DNA of 63,453 nt, filler included, from Rhabdomonas costata (Eukaryota), in NCBI GenBank assembly GCA_019059605.1. It is 29 parts of 29 records of this genome, joined end to end, with 100 filler letters (N's around TTAATTAATTAA, not from the genome) between each part and the next. Parts side by side here need not be neighbours in the genome. Positions count along the whole stretch, not along the records: positions 1 to 2,093 come from JAHMHO010005715.1; positions 2,194 to 4,285 come from JAHMHO010005716.1; positions 4,386 to 6,477 come from JAHMHO010005717.1; positions 6,578 to 8,669 come from JAHMHO010005718.1; positions 8,770 to 10,861 come from JAHMHO010005719.1; positions 10,962 to 13,053 come from JAHMHO010005720.1; 23 more parts are not named here. One strand, given 5' to 3'. Below the pieces are notes generated by a model. That model was not told the DNA's origin. It saw only the letters and a program-made list of their open reading frames with translations, and made no database searches. A program made the translations under genes and the position numbers. Positions 1-11,157 of the stretch are shown here, in pieces. The number at the start of each line of letters is the position of its first letter. Positions within the stretch are counted from its first letter, which is position 1.

Positions 1-77
1 TGTGTTGGGTTTGTATTGCTCAGGGCTGGCGCTGGAGCTGACACCAAGAACGGGGGGCGCGGGTGGGGGGGGCACAC

Positions 78-162
78 CAACAACGGTAACCACTCGCCTG
101 CGCACGGACACGCGCACGTCCTTCGGGATCACGGCCTCCTCGATAGCCTCAATCTTGCGCAT
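78..162 (-). CDS. RPL9: 60S ribosomal protein L9 (uL6), first exon
   Basis: ATG at 162 gives MRKIEAIEEAVIPKDVRVSVRRRVVTVVG, matching the uL6 N-terminus (IP.gV.v....r.VtV.G-prG); G|gtgtgc donor at 77. Confidence 0.8.
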
Positions 163-786
163 TGTGGAAGGGTGGTGGTGGGGGAAGCGGTGCGGTTGAA
201 GCTGAGAACAAGAACAAGACGTAGTTGGAGGAAGAAACCAAAACTTTGACCGCCCTGAAGCAGCTGTCCGCACCTCTGCTCACCACTGTCCGCACCCTTT
301 GGTTTTAAAAAGGAAGGCGCCGAGATAAAGGGAAGGTGTCCGGCGGTGCACAGATGTTCAGGTTATCTCGGGATACGCACGGCTTACCGTGAGTAACTTC
401 ACTAGAACTTTTGCTTTACAACACTTTCCCAACGACGGGACGGAAGCCCTGAAGGTGGGTCCCACCAACAGCGTAGGCAAGCAAACAGGGGTACGGAGCA
501 TTCGTACAAACTCAGGCCTCCAACCCGACGGAACCGCAAATTTCTTCCTCTTCGACGGCTGGACCCTTTGACTACGATGCTGGATTTCGGCTCAGAGCAC
601 GTATGTCCAACGTCCTCACACGAGACAAAAAAGTGTAACAGGTGGGGCGTTAACAAACGCTCACACTCCGAAAAACACTTCCCAATTAAGGACAATCCCC
701 ATTTCTATGTACAACACACACTGGCAAAGTACAAACACGCACAACGAAGGCCAAAGCCTCCCCGAAGGAGTCCCGTTACAAAACAT

Positions 787-2059
787 TCACGGGGAGGACT
801 GCAGCTGGGAGAGGAGCTGCGCTCGCTTGCGCTGGAGGGCGTTCAGGTACACCAGCTCACGGTCCTGCGGGAAAAACATCCGTATCGTACCCTCTGGGAC
901 AAATTCGCGCGGAACCACTCGGCATCACGCAAGGTAGGGGGGTGTATCCCAGAAGCAACACTAGTATGAAACTCTCGCAGAAACCCTCCAAAGGGAATGG
1001 GTCGGCAATAGCACACCGCCTCCGCTGTACGGCCGCTCTGGCGGTAGGTCCGCTCGCTGGCTTGGAAGTGTGCCAGCTGGGTCTCCACCATGGTTAGCTC
1101 CTTCCGCACGGCCCAAGACGCGCCCCCACCTGCAGAGGGGCTAGGCGCGGCCGTTTCCACGGGCCTTAGATCGGAGGCATCGGTGACGGTGATAACGGGC
1201 ACGGGAAGCTTCTCCTGCAGTGTGCAGAACCGCCCCCACCCTTCTGCAGACGCAGTGACGAGTGCAAGGCGTGTTGCAATTAAAACCTTGGTAGGTGTCT
1301 GACAATGACTGTGGGGGTCAGCAAAACTTTTCGCAATTGCCAACAAAGAAGGCAGCTAAATCCTTGAGAAGGTGCAGGCCCCAGTTCCAGATGTACCAAG
1401 AATGATGTGGGCACGCAACGCAGCCTAACAAAATCCCCGCTTCAAGCCTCGCAGGACCCTTTTAAGTTCTGAAGTCATGGTCTCGAACATGAGGCTTATT
1501 CAAGGGAACATTGCGATCACTGGAAAAGCCGACCTACGATCCACGCAAATTCCAGAAATTCTTGAAATGGGAACTCTGCACCGGTAGAACCACATGCGAA
1601 CGCCATCCATCCGTCTTTTTCACATCTTCCAAAGCAGACCGCATACGCCAACTTTCCTGGCCTTTTTTTCTTCTGAACAATCTGCGCACATCTTCCTCTT
1701 CCTTCCTACCTCTCTCCGATTTTCTTTTGCCCCACAGTGTTTCAGTCGCGTGGTGACCCTGGGGAAGCGAACAAACGTTTGCTGTAGCAACTTGACTCTT
1801 CTTCTTGCCTTATTCCACAACAAGTGAGCTGCAACAACTCTTGGGGACACGCCTGCATCGCCGGCACCCGCAACTTGGCCTTGCGTGCCTCCCCGGGAAC
1901 CCCCGGCTTGCGAATCACAACCACCCGCGTGGTACCATCGCTCACCCCACTCACCCGCGAGCCCTTTGTTGGGGTCTTTGCTGGAGTCTGGCAACTCCGA
2001 GGAGGTGCCGCAGGGGTTGGTGCACCAACAGATGGTGGCCGCCTGGGCGGTCGCTCCAT
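787..2059 (-). CDS. Hypothetical protein, Pro-rich N-terminal part and helical C-terminus
   Basis: Phase-0 exons 2059-1853 (CAG|gcgtgt, GC donor), 1214-1017 and 864-787 (DRELVYLNALQRKRAQLLSQLQSSP*). Confidence 0.5.
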
Positions 2060-2093
2060 GCTACAGGATCTCCGCCCAAAGGCGACGGAGGCG

Positions 2094-2193
2094 NNNNNNN
2101 NNNNNNNNNNNNNNNNNNNNNNNNNNNNNNNNNNNNNTTAATTAATTAANNNNNNNNNNNNNNNNNNNNNNNNNNNNNNNNNNNNNNNNNNNN
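2094..2193. other. Artificial contig spacer (44 N + TTAATTAATTAA + 44 N); first of 28, recurring about every 2.19 kb
   Basis: Same six-frame-stop linker between unrelated contigs of near-equal length; neighbouring contigs are not genomically adjacent. Confidence 0.99.
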
Positions 2194-2315
2194 TGTGGTT
2201 GGTGCCGGTGGCACCCCGCACGTATTGCTTCACTTACAGGAGGCTGCTATTTTGACTGTCAACCGGTCCTACACAAAGGGAAGGGAAGGGCGCAACCGCT
2301 TCTGTCGATGTGCAG

Positions 2316-3909
2316 GGTACGCCTGTCCCAACGGGAGCTCTGCGATGACTCCGTGCAAGCCCGGCACCTACTCGCCGGTCGCAATGCTTCCCGCCTGCCT
2401 TGCCTGCCCCGCAGGGAAGTACTGTGAGTATCAGACCGTAGTCCCGACCGATTGTATGTGCTGCCTTTGCTTTCGGCCCTTGTTCAGGTTCTTTTGTCTC
2501 TCGTGATTGATTTATCCTCAACGATAGCGATTCGCGTGACGGGCGGATGTCGGTCGATGTCCTTAGTGCTGTCCTTGTCCAAGACCCATGTCATTGTTTG
2601 TTATCGGAAAAAAGAATGATCAACACGCCGGAATCATGCCAAATGAAAAGAGTATGGAAAGACATTGCGTCTCATGGTTATATATCTTTAGGGGAAAGTT
2701 ATCATCGCGCAAATGTGGAATATCAGCCTGGTAAACTATCAAGATGGAATGCAGCCTGCTGCTACTCGTGCCGCTTGTGCGCTTCAACAGTCGACCTTCC
2801 CTTTGGTGAAAATACTTCCGACAACCGCTAACAAAAGGCCATCCACTTGGCCTGTCTGTCCGTTCCCTCCTTCCCTAAATATACCGTCGATGGTGTGACC
2901 TAAGGGAAGGGGAGCAGAGAGAAAATAACGTGGAAAACATGGGCCAGGGATGCATCAAGACTGCACATCTCCAGAGGTAAGGAAGATTGAAAACACCCAA
3001 CCCTCTGGGCATCTTATTTGTGGCACTCGAACCTGCAGGCCCCTTGGGAAGGTACTGCCCCCAGGGCTCAGGGCTGGAGCACGGGCGCGCATGCCCCACG
3101 GGGAGCTTCAACAGCCGCACCGGAGCGGCGAATATCACCGACTGTCAGCTCTGCTTGCCGGGCAGGTGGACCTGCATGTCTGTGTGGGGCGTTTGGTCCC
3201 AACTTCAAGTGACATGCAGACGACCAACTGTCGAACGAAAGCTCTTCCTATGTGCTGAGTGTGAATTACTGGGCTATTCAGCATGTTGTGTGCCATAAGT
3301 AGTTGCGGTTGGCGTCGTGGGTAGCTTGTGCATCGCTCCCTGTGATGAGGTTTTCCGCATGCCGGGTGCATCCGTATACACCATCCCATTCACGCAAACC
3401 AAATTGTCGTGGAGGGAAGGGGATTTCCGATTCCCGCTTCCTTTTTATTCCCGCTTCTGCTTTTGCGTCGGCACTATTCTCTCCTTCTGTCAGGTTCTGC
3501 CCAAGCGCTGGCATGAACGCCTCTGGGAATGGGTCCTGTTTGCCAGGTACGCGTGCTGTTGATTCCTCAAATGCGCTTCTTCCGGGCTCTGACGATGAAG
3601 CTTGGAAAGCATTGCTCTTATTTGCCATTTATTGCCGAAGCAGCACTTTCTTTCGCATGAAAATGCAGTGTGTGTGAAGACTGTCGATACTCTTGCAAGC
3701 TTTCTGCCCATACTCCGAGAATATCTCTTGTGAAGCCCGTAGAACGACAGGCTTGCTTCGCAGTCAAGCTTCACCGCTTGCTGTGCAGGGTACTACTGCA
3801 CCAGCGGCGCGGCGGATGCGTATGGCACCCCCGGGGTGCTGGGTGGCGAGGGTGGCCCTTGCCCAGCGGGGTCGTACTGCCCTGCTGGGACCCCGTCAGC
3901 CTTGCCTTG
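2316..3909 (+). CDS. GCC2/GCC3 (ephrin-receptor-like) Cys-rich repeat protein, internal exons
   Basis: Exons 2316-2453, 3039-3165, 3494-3546, 3789-3909 join in phase; repeated CP.G.YC / CP.G.(Y/F)...C..C..G motifs. Confidence 0.85.
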
Positions 3910-4689
3910 GTTTGTGCTGTGTGCTTACTTCCGTCATGTGCACAGGCGAACCTGCAGAGGTTTAGTTCGGCACTGGGCGCCCGCCTCCATTGGCACGCTG
4001 CGCACGTCTTGTGACGTGTCTTTTCGGTCTTTGCTCAGATGGAAGCTTCTGCCTCTGCACATTCGTAGCGTCCTCACTCGTACTGGTGGGTCGGGCGGGT
4101 GGGTCGTTGGCGAGGGCGAATGAGTTTGCAGCACATTTCCCTTTCCGAGCTCACGGTGCACTGGAATGCCCATTCACTGCGCATTTTCAAAATTGAAATG
4201 AGGGAAAATGAACCAAAAAAAATAAATAAAACAACAGCCCCCCGGGCACGTACAATCCACCACACCCCCCCCAAACACACCAACANNNNNNNNNNNNNNN
4301 NNNNNNNNNNNNNNNNNNNNNNNNNNNNNTTAATTAATTAANNNNNNNNNNNNNNNNNNNNNNNNNNNNNNNNNNNNNNNNNNNNGGACGGGGCTTCGAT
4401 TGAAGCGCTGGCCACCTCACCCGCCTGCGCCTGCGCCGGAGGTGGAATGAGGATTTTTTGATAGGGTGCAAACTGGCAATTCCCCGCTGGGAGCACCATC
4501 TGTGAGTCTCTTGTGTGCGTTGAGGCGCTGGGCCGGGAATCGGGAAAATTGCTCGCTCGAGATTCTCTTAAATTACGGGCAGGGAGAAGGGGGAGAACGG
4601 AGGGCTGCACAAAAACTTAATCCCATTTTTGAATCCGCTTTGTTAACCACATTTTTATTGTGGAGGCCAAAACGGCTATCGTCGCATTG

Positions 4690-6441
4690 GAGAGATGGTG
4701 GAGGAGGCACCAGTTCCATGGCTTCAGGAGGAGCCGCTATGGTCGGGTCAGCCTCGGAGGTCTCCGCCGGGGTGCGGGCGGCGATTTTGGAGGCCCTTTT
4801 CTGCGCTGCCCTCTGCGCCGCCCTCTCCTTGCGCTCCACGAGTCTCTGCTCGTGTCTCCGCACAAGGTAGGCACACTGCAGGTCGTGCAGCTCGTTGAGG
4901 CGGTCCACGTCGAAGAATTGCCACACCGGGCTACCCCCCCCCCCCGTAGCCACCCACCTAAACCCTCTGAGTTGGGTGTAAATGATAAACGCTGGTACGG
5001 ATACTGTCAGGCACCGAAGTTAGCTCGAATCCACATCACGGTCTAACACGCTGGTCTCGATTAGGCGTAGGGGTGAAGGTCTGACCTCATTGCGTCCGAA
5101 GGAAGAGTCTGATTCCGGTATAGCCTGCCTTTGGATTCTTCCCTTCCGCCTGGCTGGAAAAAAGGCCAGCAGTCCGAGGAACCAGTCTCCAGGCTGCTGC
5201 CTCTGACACACATACACACAGAGGGTGCAAATGCCCAAATGAGAAATTGTTCACGCTACTTGGATGCTGCCACCAAAGTGCAAATCCCCCATCAATATGC
5301 TATCAAAGCCAATTGTAGTGAAGGTTTCGACATTGGATGCTCAATCAGCGAACCCCCGGGCTTGATTCATATGAGCAAAAGTCAAAAGGGGCATTGCCCA
5401 AAATCATGTAAGAGAGTTCAGGGGAATAGGAGGTGGATCAGGGGCATACTATGTTTTCCGCTTCGGCAGTTTGGGCCCCTTTGGAGGCTTCTCCTGCTCC
5501 ACCGCTGTCATCTCCCGCATCGCCGCGTTAATATCATAGCTAAAAGCACAGTGCACAAAGGCAATGCCCCTCACAGTGATCATCATTCCCCATCATCCCC
5601 ACCTCGACGGCTAGGGGCAAGATGGTCTTCGCATTTGCATGGGCAAAGCTTGCCTCGCTGCGTCCATGCTGCAAAACCTAACTAAAAGTCCACCAACAGG
5701 CTCCCAGGACCGTTGAGGCGCCAAGAACAAGATTCCGCAAAATCTTAACAGGCCTCGTGCTGCTTCCGATCTCCGTCAATGTGGGTAAGACCACGCAGTG
5801 CCACCACGAAATATTGTGTGAGAAGCCCCAGAAGAAGAAAGGGAGGAAACGGACCACACGGCACGCGAAAAAAGGGATATGGACCCCAAAGGGCACACTT
5901 CACGACGCAGGCGCGCTTCCCTCGCACGGCGAACGCCTTGGAAATGTCCTCGGCGTCGATGATATTCACCTGTGAAAGATACGGGAGAGCTTGAACTATA
6001 TGAGGAAAACTGAGAGAGAGAGAACAGAAGCAGAGCGCTATTTCGCAACCCAAACCAGAAGCCACAAGCCATAAGAACTTTGCCAGCGAAGGACACCACT
6101 TGCCCTGCACATTCACGCGAAATCATTTAGATACATACCCACACTCGACGACACGTTAAGTGATTTTGACAAAACTATCCAACCAAGGCCGAAACAGCAT
6201 GAGCACGTTCAAAACCAACTCCTTAAAAAGAGCTTGGGGCAGACCGCCACAGCAGTAGCAGCAGCTACACGACGACCAAACACAAGCTCACTCACTCACG
6301 TGCCTTGTTCCCGAAGAGGACCTCGACGTTGGTGCACGACCCGATGCGCTTGCTCTCGCTCAGAGCGGCGTGTGCCCGCACCGCACTTGGAAGCGAGCCC
6401 ATTGTGACGGCCGCGGCGTCCCGCTCGGGACTAATCACCAC
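4690..6441 (-). CDS. ISWI-type HAND domain protein fragment preceded by an RRM-like exon
   Basis: Exons 6441-6304, 5969-5899, 5539-5450, 4930-~4690 give RGKRACVVNYDINAAMREM..KPPKGPKLPKRKTYPVWQFFDVDRLNELHDLQCAYL, resembling the ISWI HAND pattern KR.RK.NY...P+.P...dfQFF...RL.EL. Lower boundary approximate. Confidence 0.7.
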
Positions 6442-6795
6442 CTGCGTTTACGTGGTATGCAGCCACCAACACACAAANNNNNNNNNNNNNNNNNNNNNNN
6501 NNNNNNNNNNNNNNNNNNNNNTTAATTAATTAANNNNNNNNNNNNNNNNNNNNNNNNNNNNNNNNNNNNNNNNNNNNGGTTGTGGGGAGGCCAGAGCGAA
6601 AAGCCCCGGAACAGAATCTTCAGTTTCCCCAATTTTTACAAAATCCAGAAGAACGGCAGTGAAGAGCGAACCCGTGAACCCGACTCTGCTGCCGGCAACA
6701 AGGTCCCTATTTCTGCTAGCAACCCAAATCCAAGGGAAAGGGAAAGAAGACGGAAGGGGTGGGGAAAACTGGAAAGCACAGAAAAAATGCAAAGG

Positions 6796-6926
6796 AAAGA
6801 GAAGGAGAAGAGAAGAGAAGAGAAGAGAAGAGAAGAGAAGACAAGAGAAGAGAAGAAAAGAGAAGCGAAGCGAAGAGAGGAGAGAAATTAGAAGAGAGGA
6901 GAAGAGAGGAGAAGAGAAGACAAGAG
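6796..6926. repeat. Degenerate (GAAGA)n pentanucleotide microsatellite
   Basis: Directly visible; lies just after a predicted donor on the minus strand. Confidence 0.95.
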
Positions 6927-6956
6927 GTGAGTGACGCAGCGTCCTTTCCCACGTGC

Positions 6957-8669
6957 CTGGCTCCAGACTTGCCTGTGGTAAGCGTCGGGCAGGCTGGGGA
7001 GCAGGTACAGTAGAACCGTCCGGGCCATGGCGCCGCTGGCACTTCCCCAGCAGGCAAAGAGGTCTCCCACCCGCTCTGCTGTGGGCATCCACCGCCGCAG
7101 CAGAGCGTCGGCAAGGAGCCCCCGCCACGTGAAACCTGCGCATTCAAACACGTCATCCTGGAGATCTCATTCAATAGCACCAAGCGTTACCAGTGACGGC
7201 AGGTGTACGGTTTGCGTGTGGCACACCGGGAAGATTTCGGGCGATTTGTACTCAGACCGTGGCGCTTACTTCCGAAGCGATCATGCGCACACCAGAAAAT
7301 ACCAGACTAACCAAGGTCCAACTGCTATACACCGTCGAAGTGGAGCTGCTACAAACCCTGTGCCGGTTCCGAAACGCATAAATAAGGCTTCGCCCCCTGC
7401 CTCACCCAAAACCGATTATTTGATTCTCTGGAAACATTTCCGAATTTTAGACTTTTGCGAAAAATTCACAATGGATCGGGTACTAAGCCTATAAGACCAC
7501 TCCAAAATACGAACTCTCAGGCCGGGAGGGGTGGGGGACACACTCACACAGCGGCAAAAAGCAGGAGCAGCAACCTTGCACCATGAGCCCCTCCTGCCGG
7601 ACCTGAGCGAGGTACACCCGCTGCAGGCTGAGCATCGGCCCATCCACGGTCTCCCCCAACGAAACCTCGCCCTCTCCACACCCCAAGAACGCGGCAGAAA
7701 GCCACCCCAGCTTCACTGCCCCACCCAGGGCACACAGCACCGGCGGAGGCTGCGCTATGAACCCTTCTGGCTCGGCCCCGACGGCGCATGGGATGCTGCC
7801 GGAGCGGGCCTCTTCCCATGGCAGCATCCATGGCAGCCACTGTGACAGAAGAAGCTCGCGGGACTCCCGAGAGAGTGCGGGGGGGCCCATCGGGGCACGG
7901 GTAACGTTGTGCAGCACTGGGGAGAACATCCACAGCGGGTCCACCCGCTCAGCAGGGGCACAAGAGAGGCTGTACAGCGTGCAAAGGTCCTGTGAGGGTG
8001 GGCGAAAAGCAGAAGGGAGCTGAGAGAGGAGAGGGGACGAGGAGAAAGACCATGGTCTGGGAAGAAAGAAAGAAGTAAATTGAGAGACAGGCTTTCTTTT
8101 TCTTAGACGGATTTCACATCACCCAAGAAGAAGCAGAAACAGCAAAGCTTCGTACCAGGGTACCAAAGGATGCCGCACGGAGTGTTGGGCAAGCCAAGCG
8201 GAAAAAGCAAGCCACAAAAAGAAGCAATAGGCTAAGAGGAAGAAGAAGATCAGATATGGTGATGGGCGATGGGATTCTTTCCTCTCGTCGTTACAGGTCT
8301 GGCAAACCCCGAACTCTTCTTCCGTCACCTTCCCAAAGCACAGACCCTTGATGGTTGAGCATGAGAAAAACTGAAAAACGTGTTGCAGAGCGGATTCCAG
8401 TGCCCTCCGCGAAACTGCTACTAAAGAAATCAAAGGGATGAGCAAGCATGCGAGCCTTGCTTGAGAGAGCAAGACGAGCTACCTTGGTGCAGGTGCTGGA
8501 GGACGGAAGTAGACTTTGACTGAACCACGGCCGAAGCACGGAGTCCGCGCTGACCGCCCGGGACAGAACCAGCTGCAGGACCTGGGCGTGGTCCCTGGGG
8601 CATAGGTACGTGGTCAGACTTAGCCCCAGGCCAGCATTCGCTCCCCCCCAGCAGCCCACCCCAACCCCC
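6957..8669 (-). CDS. Helical protein fragment, possibly RPAP1/MINIYO-like C-terminal region
   Basis: In-phase exons 8669-8483, 7989-7575, 7135-6957 (CAG|gcacgt). DPLWMFSPV and FACWGSASGAMARTVLLYLLP..YHRQVWSQ loosely recall RPAP1 C-terminal motifs. Confidence 0.4.
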
Positions 8670-8769
8670 NNNNNNNNNNNNNNNNNNNNNNNNNNNNNNN
8701 NNNNNNNNNNNNNTTAATTAATTAANNNNNNNNNNNNNNNNNNNNNNNNNNNNNNNNNNNNNNNNNNNN

Positions 8770-9713
8770 CTGGTTCAGTTTTTGCAGTGGCAGTCACTCC
8801 TGATGGATCACACATAGTAAGCGGAAGCCTGGACAAAACCGTTAAAGTGTGGAAATTGCTCACAGGCAAAGAAGAACGAACAATGACTGGACACAGTGGT
8901 ACAGTGTGTGCCGTTTCTGTAACGCCGGATAGCGCGTATATTGTGAGTGGAAGTGCTGACAGCACCATTAAGGTCTGGAACTTGCAGACAGGGTTGGAAC
9001 GTTTGAATCTCCAAGGACACAGCGAAGGCATCTGGGCGGTTACGGTTACCTCTGGTGGGAATCGGGTAGTGAGCGGTAGTGGCGACAAAACAATAAAAGT
9101 GTGGGATCTGCAAAATGGAAGGGAGGAGGCAACACTTGTTGGCCACTCTGACATTGTTTTTGCTGTATCCGTGACACCAGATGGGAAATCTCTAGTCAGC
9201 GGAAGCGGGGACAAAACTGTCAAGGTGTGGGATCTCGGGACAGGCAAGGAAGTGCGAAGCATGTGCGGTCACAGCAATGCTGTTTATGACGTGGAACTGA
9301 CTCCGGATGGAAGATTCGTTGTGAGTGCGAGTTCAGACAACACCATTAAAGTTTGGGAGATGCAGACAGGAAAAGTGGTGGAAACTCTCAGTGGCCATGT
9401 CGGCACTGCCTTATCCGTCGCGGTGACCCCAGACGGGAGAAGCATTATAAGCGGAAGCGCCGACAGTTTGGTCAAGGTTTGGGCCCTAAAGGAGCAAGAC
9501 TTCATTGTCCACAATGAGCTCGTGGGTTCCCCAACGCCCATCCCTGAAGTGGCGTTCTCTGTCAGCGAAGGCGGTGAAAACACTTCGATGACATCTCATG
9601 TCCCCTGTGTCCTTATTCTTGGTTACAATTCCCCGGTCATCGAAAATGTCCTGCTAACTGACGAGGCTCGCGCACCGTCTTTGCTTCGGCGCAAACCAAA
9701 TCCCTCATCGTAG
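8770..9713 (+). CDS. WD40 repeat protein, 5'-truncated
   Basis: Six regular 42-aa units V.VTPDG..IVSGS.D.T(I/V)KVW.L.TG....l.GH in one uninterrupted frame; the non-repeat tail may be partly intronic. Confidence 0.95.
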
Positions 9714-10333
9714 GGCCTTTCGGACTACGGCGGTTAAGGTTAAGGTTGCTTGTGCATGGTTTGTGTGTTCACTGCGATTCAAACCACCCACTACCCACTG
9801 CGCTCACTACATAGTGCTCTGGCGGTGCGCAAAATTGTTTCGTTGGACAGCACAATGCAGTTAGTGACCTGTGGTGATCTTTGTTCTTTTATCTGTATGA
9901 AGTGAAGGAAAGGGGGTTGCACACACTGTCAGCTGGTGAAATAAAATCCAGGTATTCGTTGGGAACGGTCGCCTCATGGTTTCTGCACACTAGCATTGGC
10001 AGGACCCTTTTTGTGTGCGATGGTTGTTTCGATGGTGCCTCCTGCGCTCTTCTACTGCAATCCTGTGACTTCAACTTGTTTCCGTGAAGACAAGATGCGA
10101 CCTTTGGTTTTTAGATTGCAGGGTTAATAATTGCAGGGAAAGCGCAAAATACTTTCCCAAGTTTTTTGCTTGGTACTTCTTTGCGGAGACGTGAAGATGC
10201 GGATCGCCCTTCCTAACTTTCGACCTTGCTGAAGTCGCGTTTTTTCCACAGTATCTCTGCATCCATTCTGTGGGTCCGCGCGAGAGCACTATTTCAGCTT
10301 CGTGCGAGCACTGCGCTTTGCGCTCAGTTGAGA

Positions 10334-10791
10334 ATGGCTCTGGAAGCTATTCAATACAGCAGGTGCCTGATGCCAGCGCAGTCTCACAAATGGAAGTAGG
10401 TATAGTAGTTCGAGTCGGCACAAATCGCTGTGTGCAGGCGCGTACCTATGTGAACCGAGGCTCTGATTGTATTAGTTTTTTTCCATCGCTTCCTTCCTCT
10501 CCTCAGGGCTTCAAGGTTGGAAATAGTGATCATCTTTGCAGGGAAGAGGTGGTGCGCTTGTTACAAGGCAAAGTTTCGTGTATGTGTATTCCCCCGAAAA
10601 GATTTGCGGGAATGCATATGTCGCATTCCCGCGCAGCTGATTGAGGCTTCGTGTGCATGTGTAATGGGGCGGGGGGTCTGGGTGATAGAGGCTCTCTGCG
10701 GCTGCTGAACCAGCGACTTTTGCCGGGTCAGGCGGTCTTCGAGGATGTTCAGAGTTGCGAAGAGGCGTTTTCTGCCATTTTGGAGATGAAG
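10334..10791 (+). CDS. MRI1: Methylthioribose-1-phosphate isomerase, first two exons
   Basis: Exons 10334-10362 and 10689-10791 give MALEAIQYSRGSLRLLNQRLLPGQAVFEDVQSCEEAFSAILEMK, matching the MRI1 N-terminus, which normally continues VRGAPAI. Confidence 0.9.
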
Positions 10792-11007
10792 GTATGCTGC
10801 TGCGGTCAAGTGTTGAATTCAGGGATATATGTAAAAGGTCAAAACTTCTTGGTATGACTGTNNNNNNNNNNNNNNNNNNNNNNNNNNNNNNNNNNNNNNN
10901 NNNNNTTAATTAATTAANNNNNNNNNNNNNNNNNNNNNNNNNNNNNNNNNNNNNNNNNNNNGGTTGGGTGGATGGCGGTGGCACAAAGCAAAACCAGCTT
11001 TTTGCAC

Positions 11008-11157
11008 CTTTCCGTCCGTGTCGCTGATAAGCTTCGCGTCGTACGCCCTTGCAATTTCAGAAGTTTTGATGTCGCAAAAGGCACCGCTCCCCATAATCAA
11101 GAGCCGCTTGTTGATGCCGACAGTCGTTCCCGAAGAAAGACACCGCAGAAAGCCGTA
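11008..11157 (-). CDS. Exon of unknown protein, weak resemblance to an adenylate kinase N-terminus without an intact P-loop
   Basis: cag|...|gtgcaa phase-0 exon YGFLRCLSSGTTVGINKRLLIMGSGAFCDIKTSEIARAYDAKLISDTDGK. Confidence 0.3.

Noticed and set aside
2138-2149. Regularly spaced TTAATTAATTAA as a biological repeat array
   Set aside because: Embedded in N runs; synthetic six-frame stop linker.
9732-9748. Telomere-like GGTTAA repeats
   Set aside because: Fewer than three copies and internal; insufficient evidence.
9490-10791. WD40-MRI1 fusion protein
   Set aside because: MRI1 has its own canonical N-terminal Met at 10334 with an upstream acceptor-like site.
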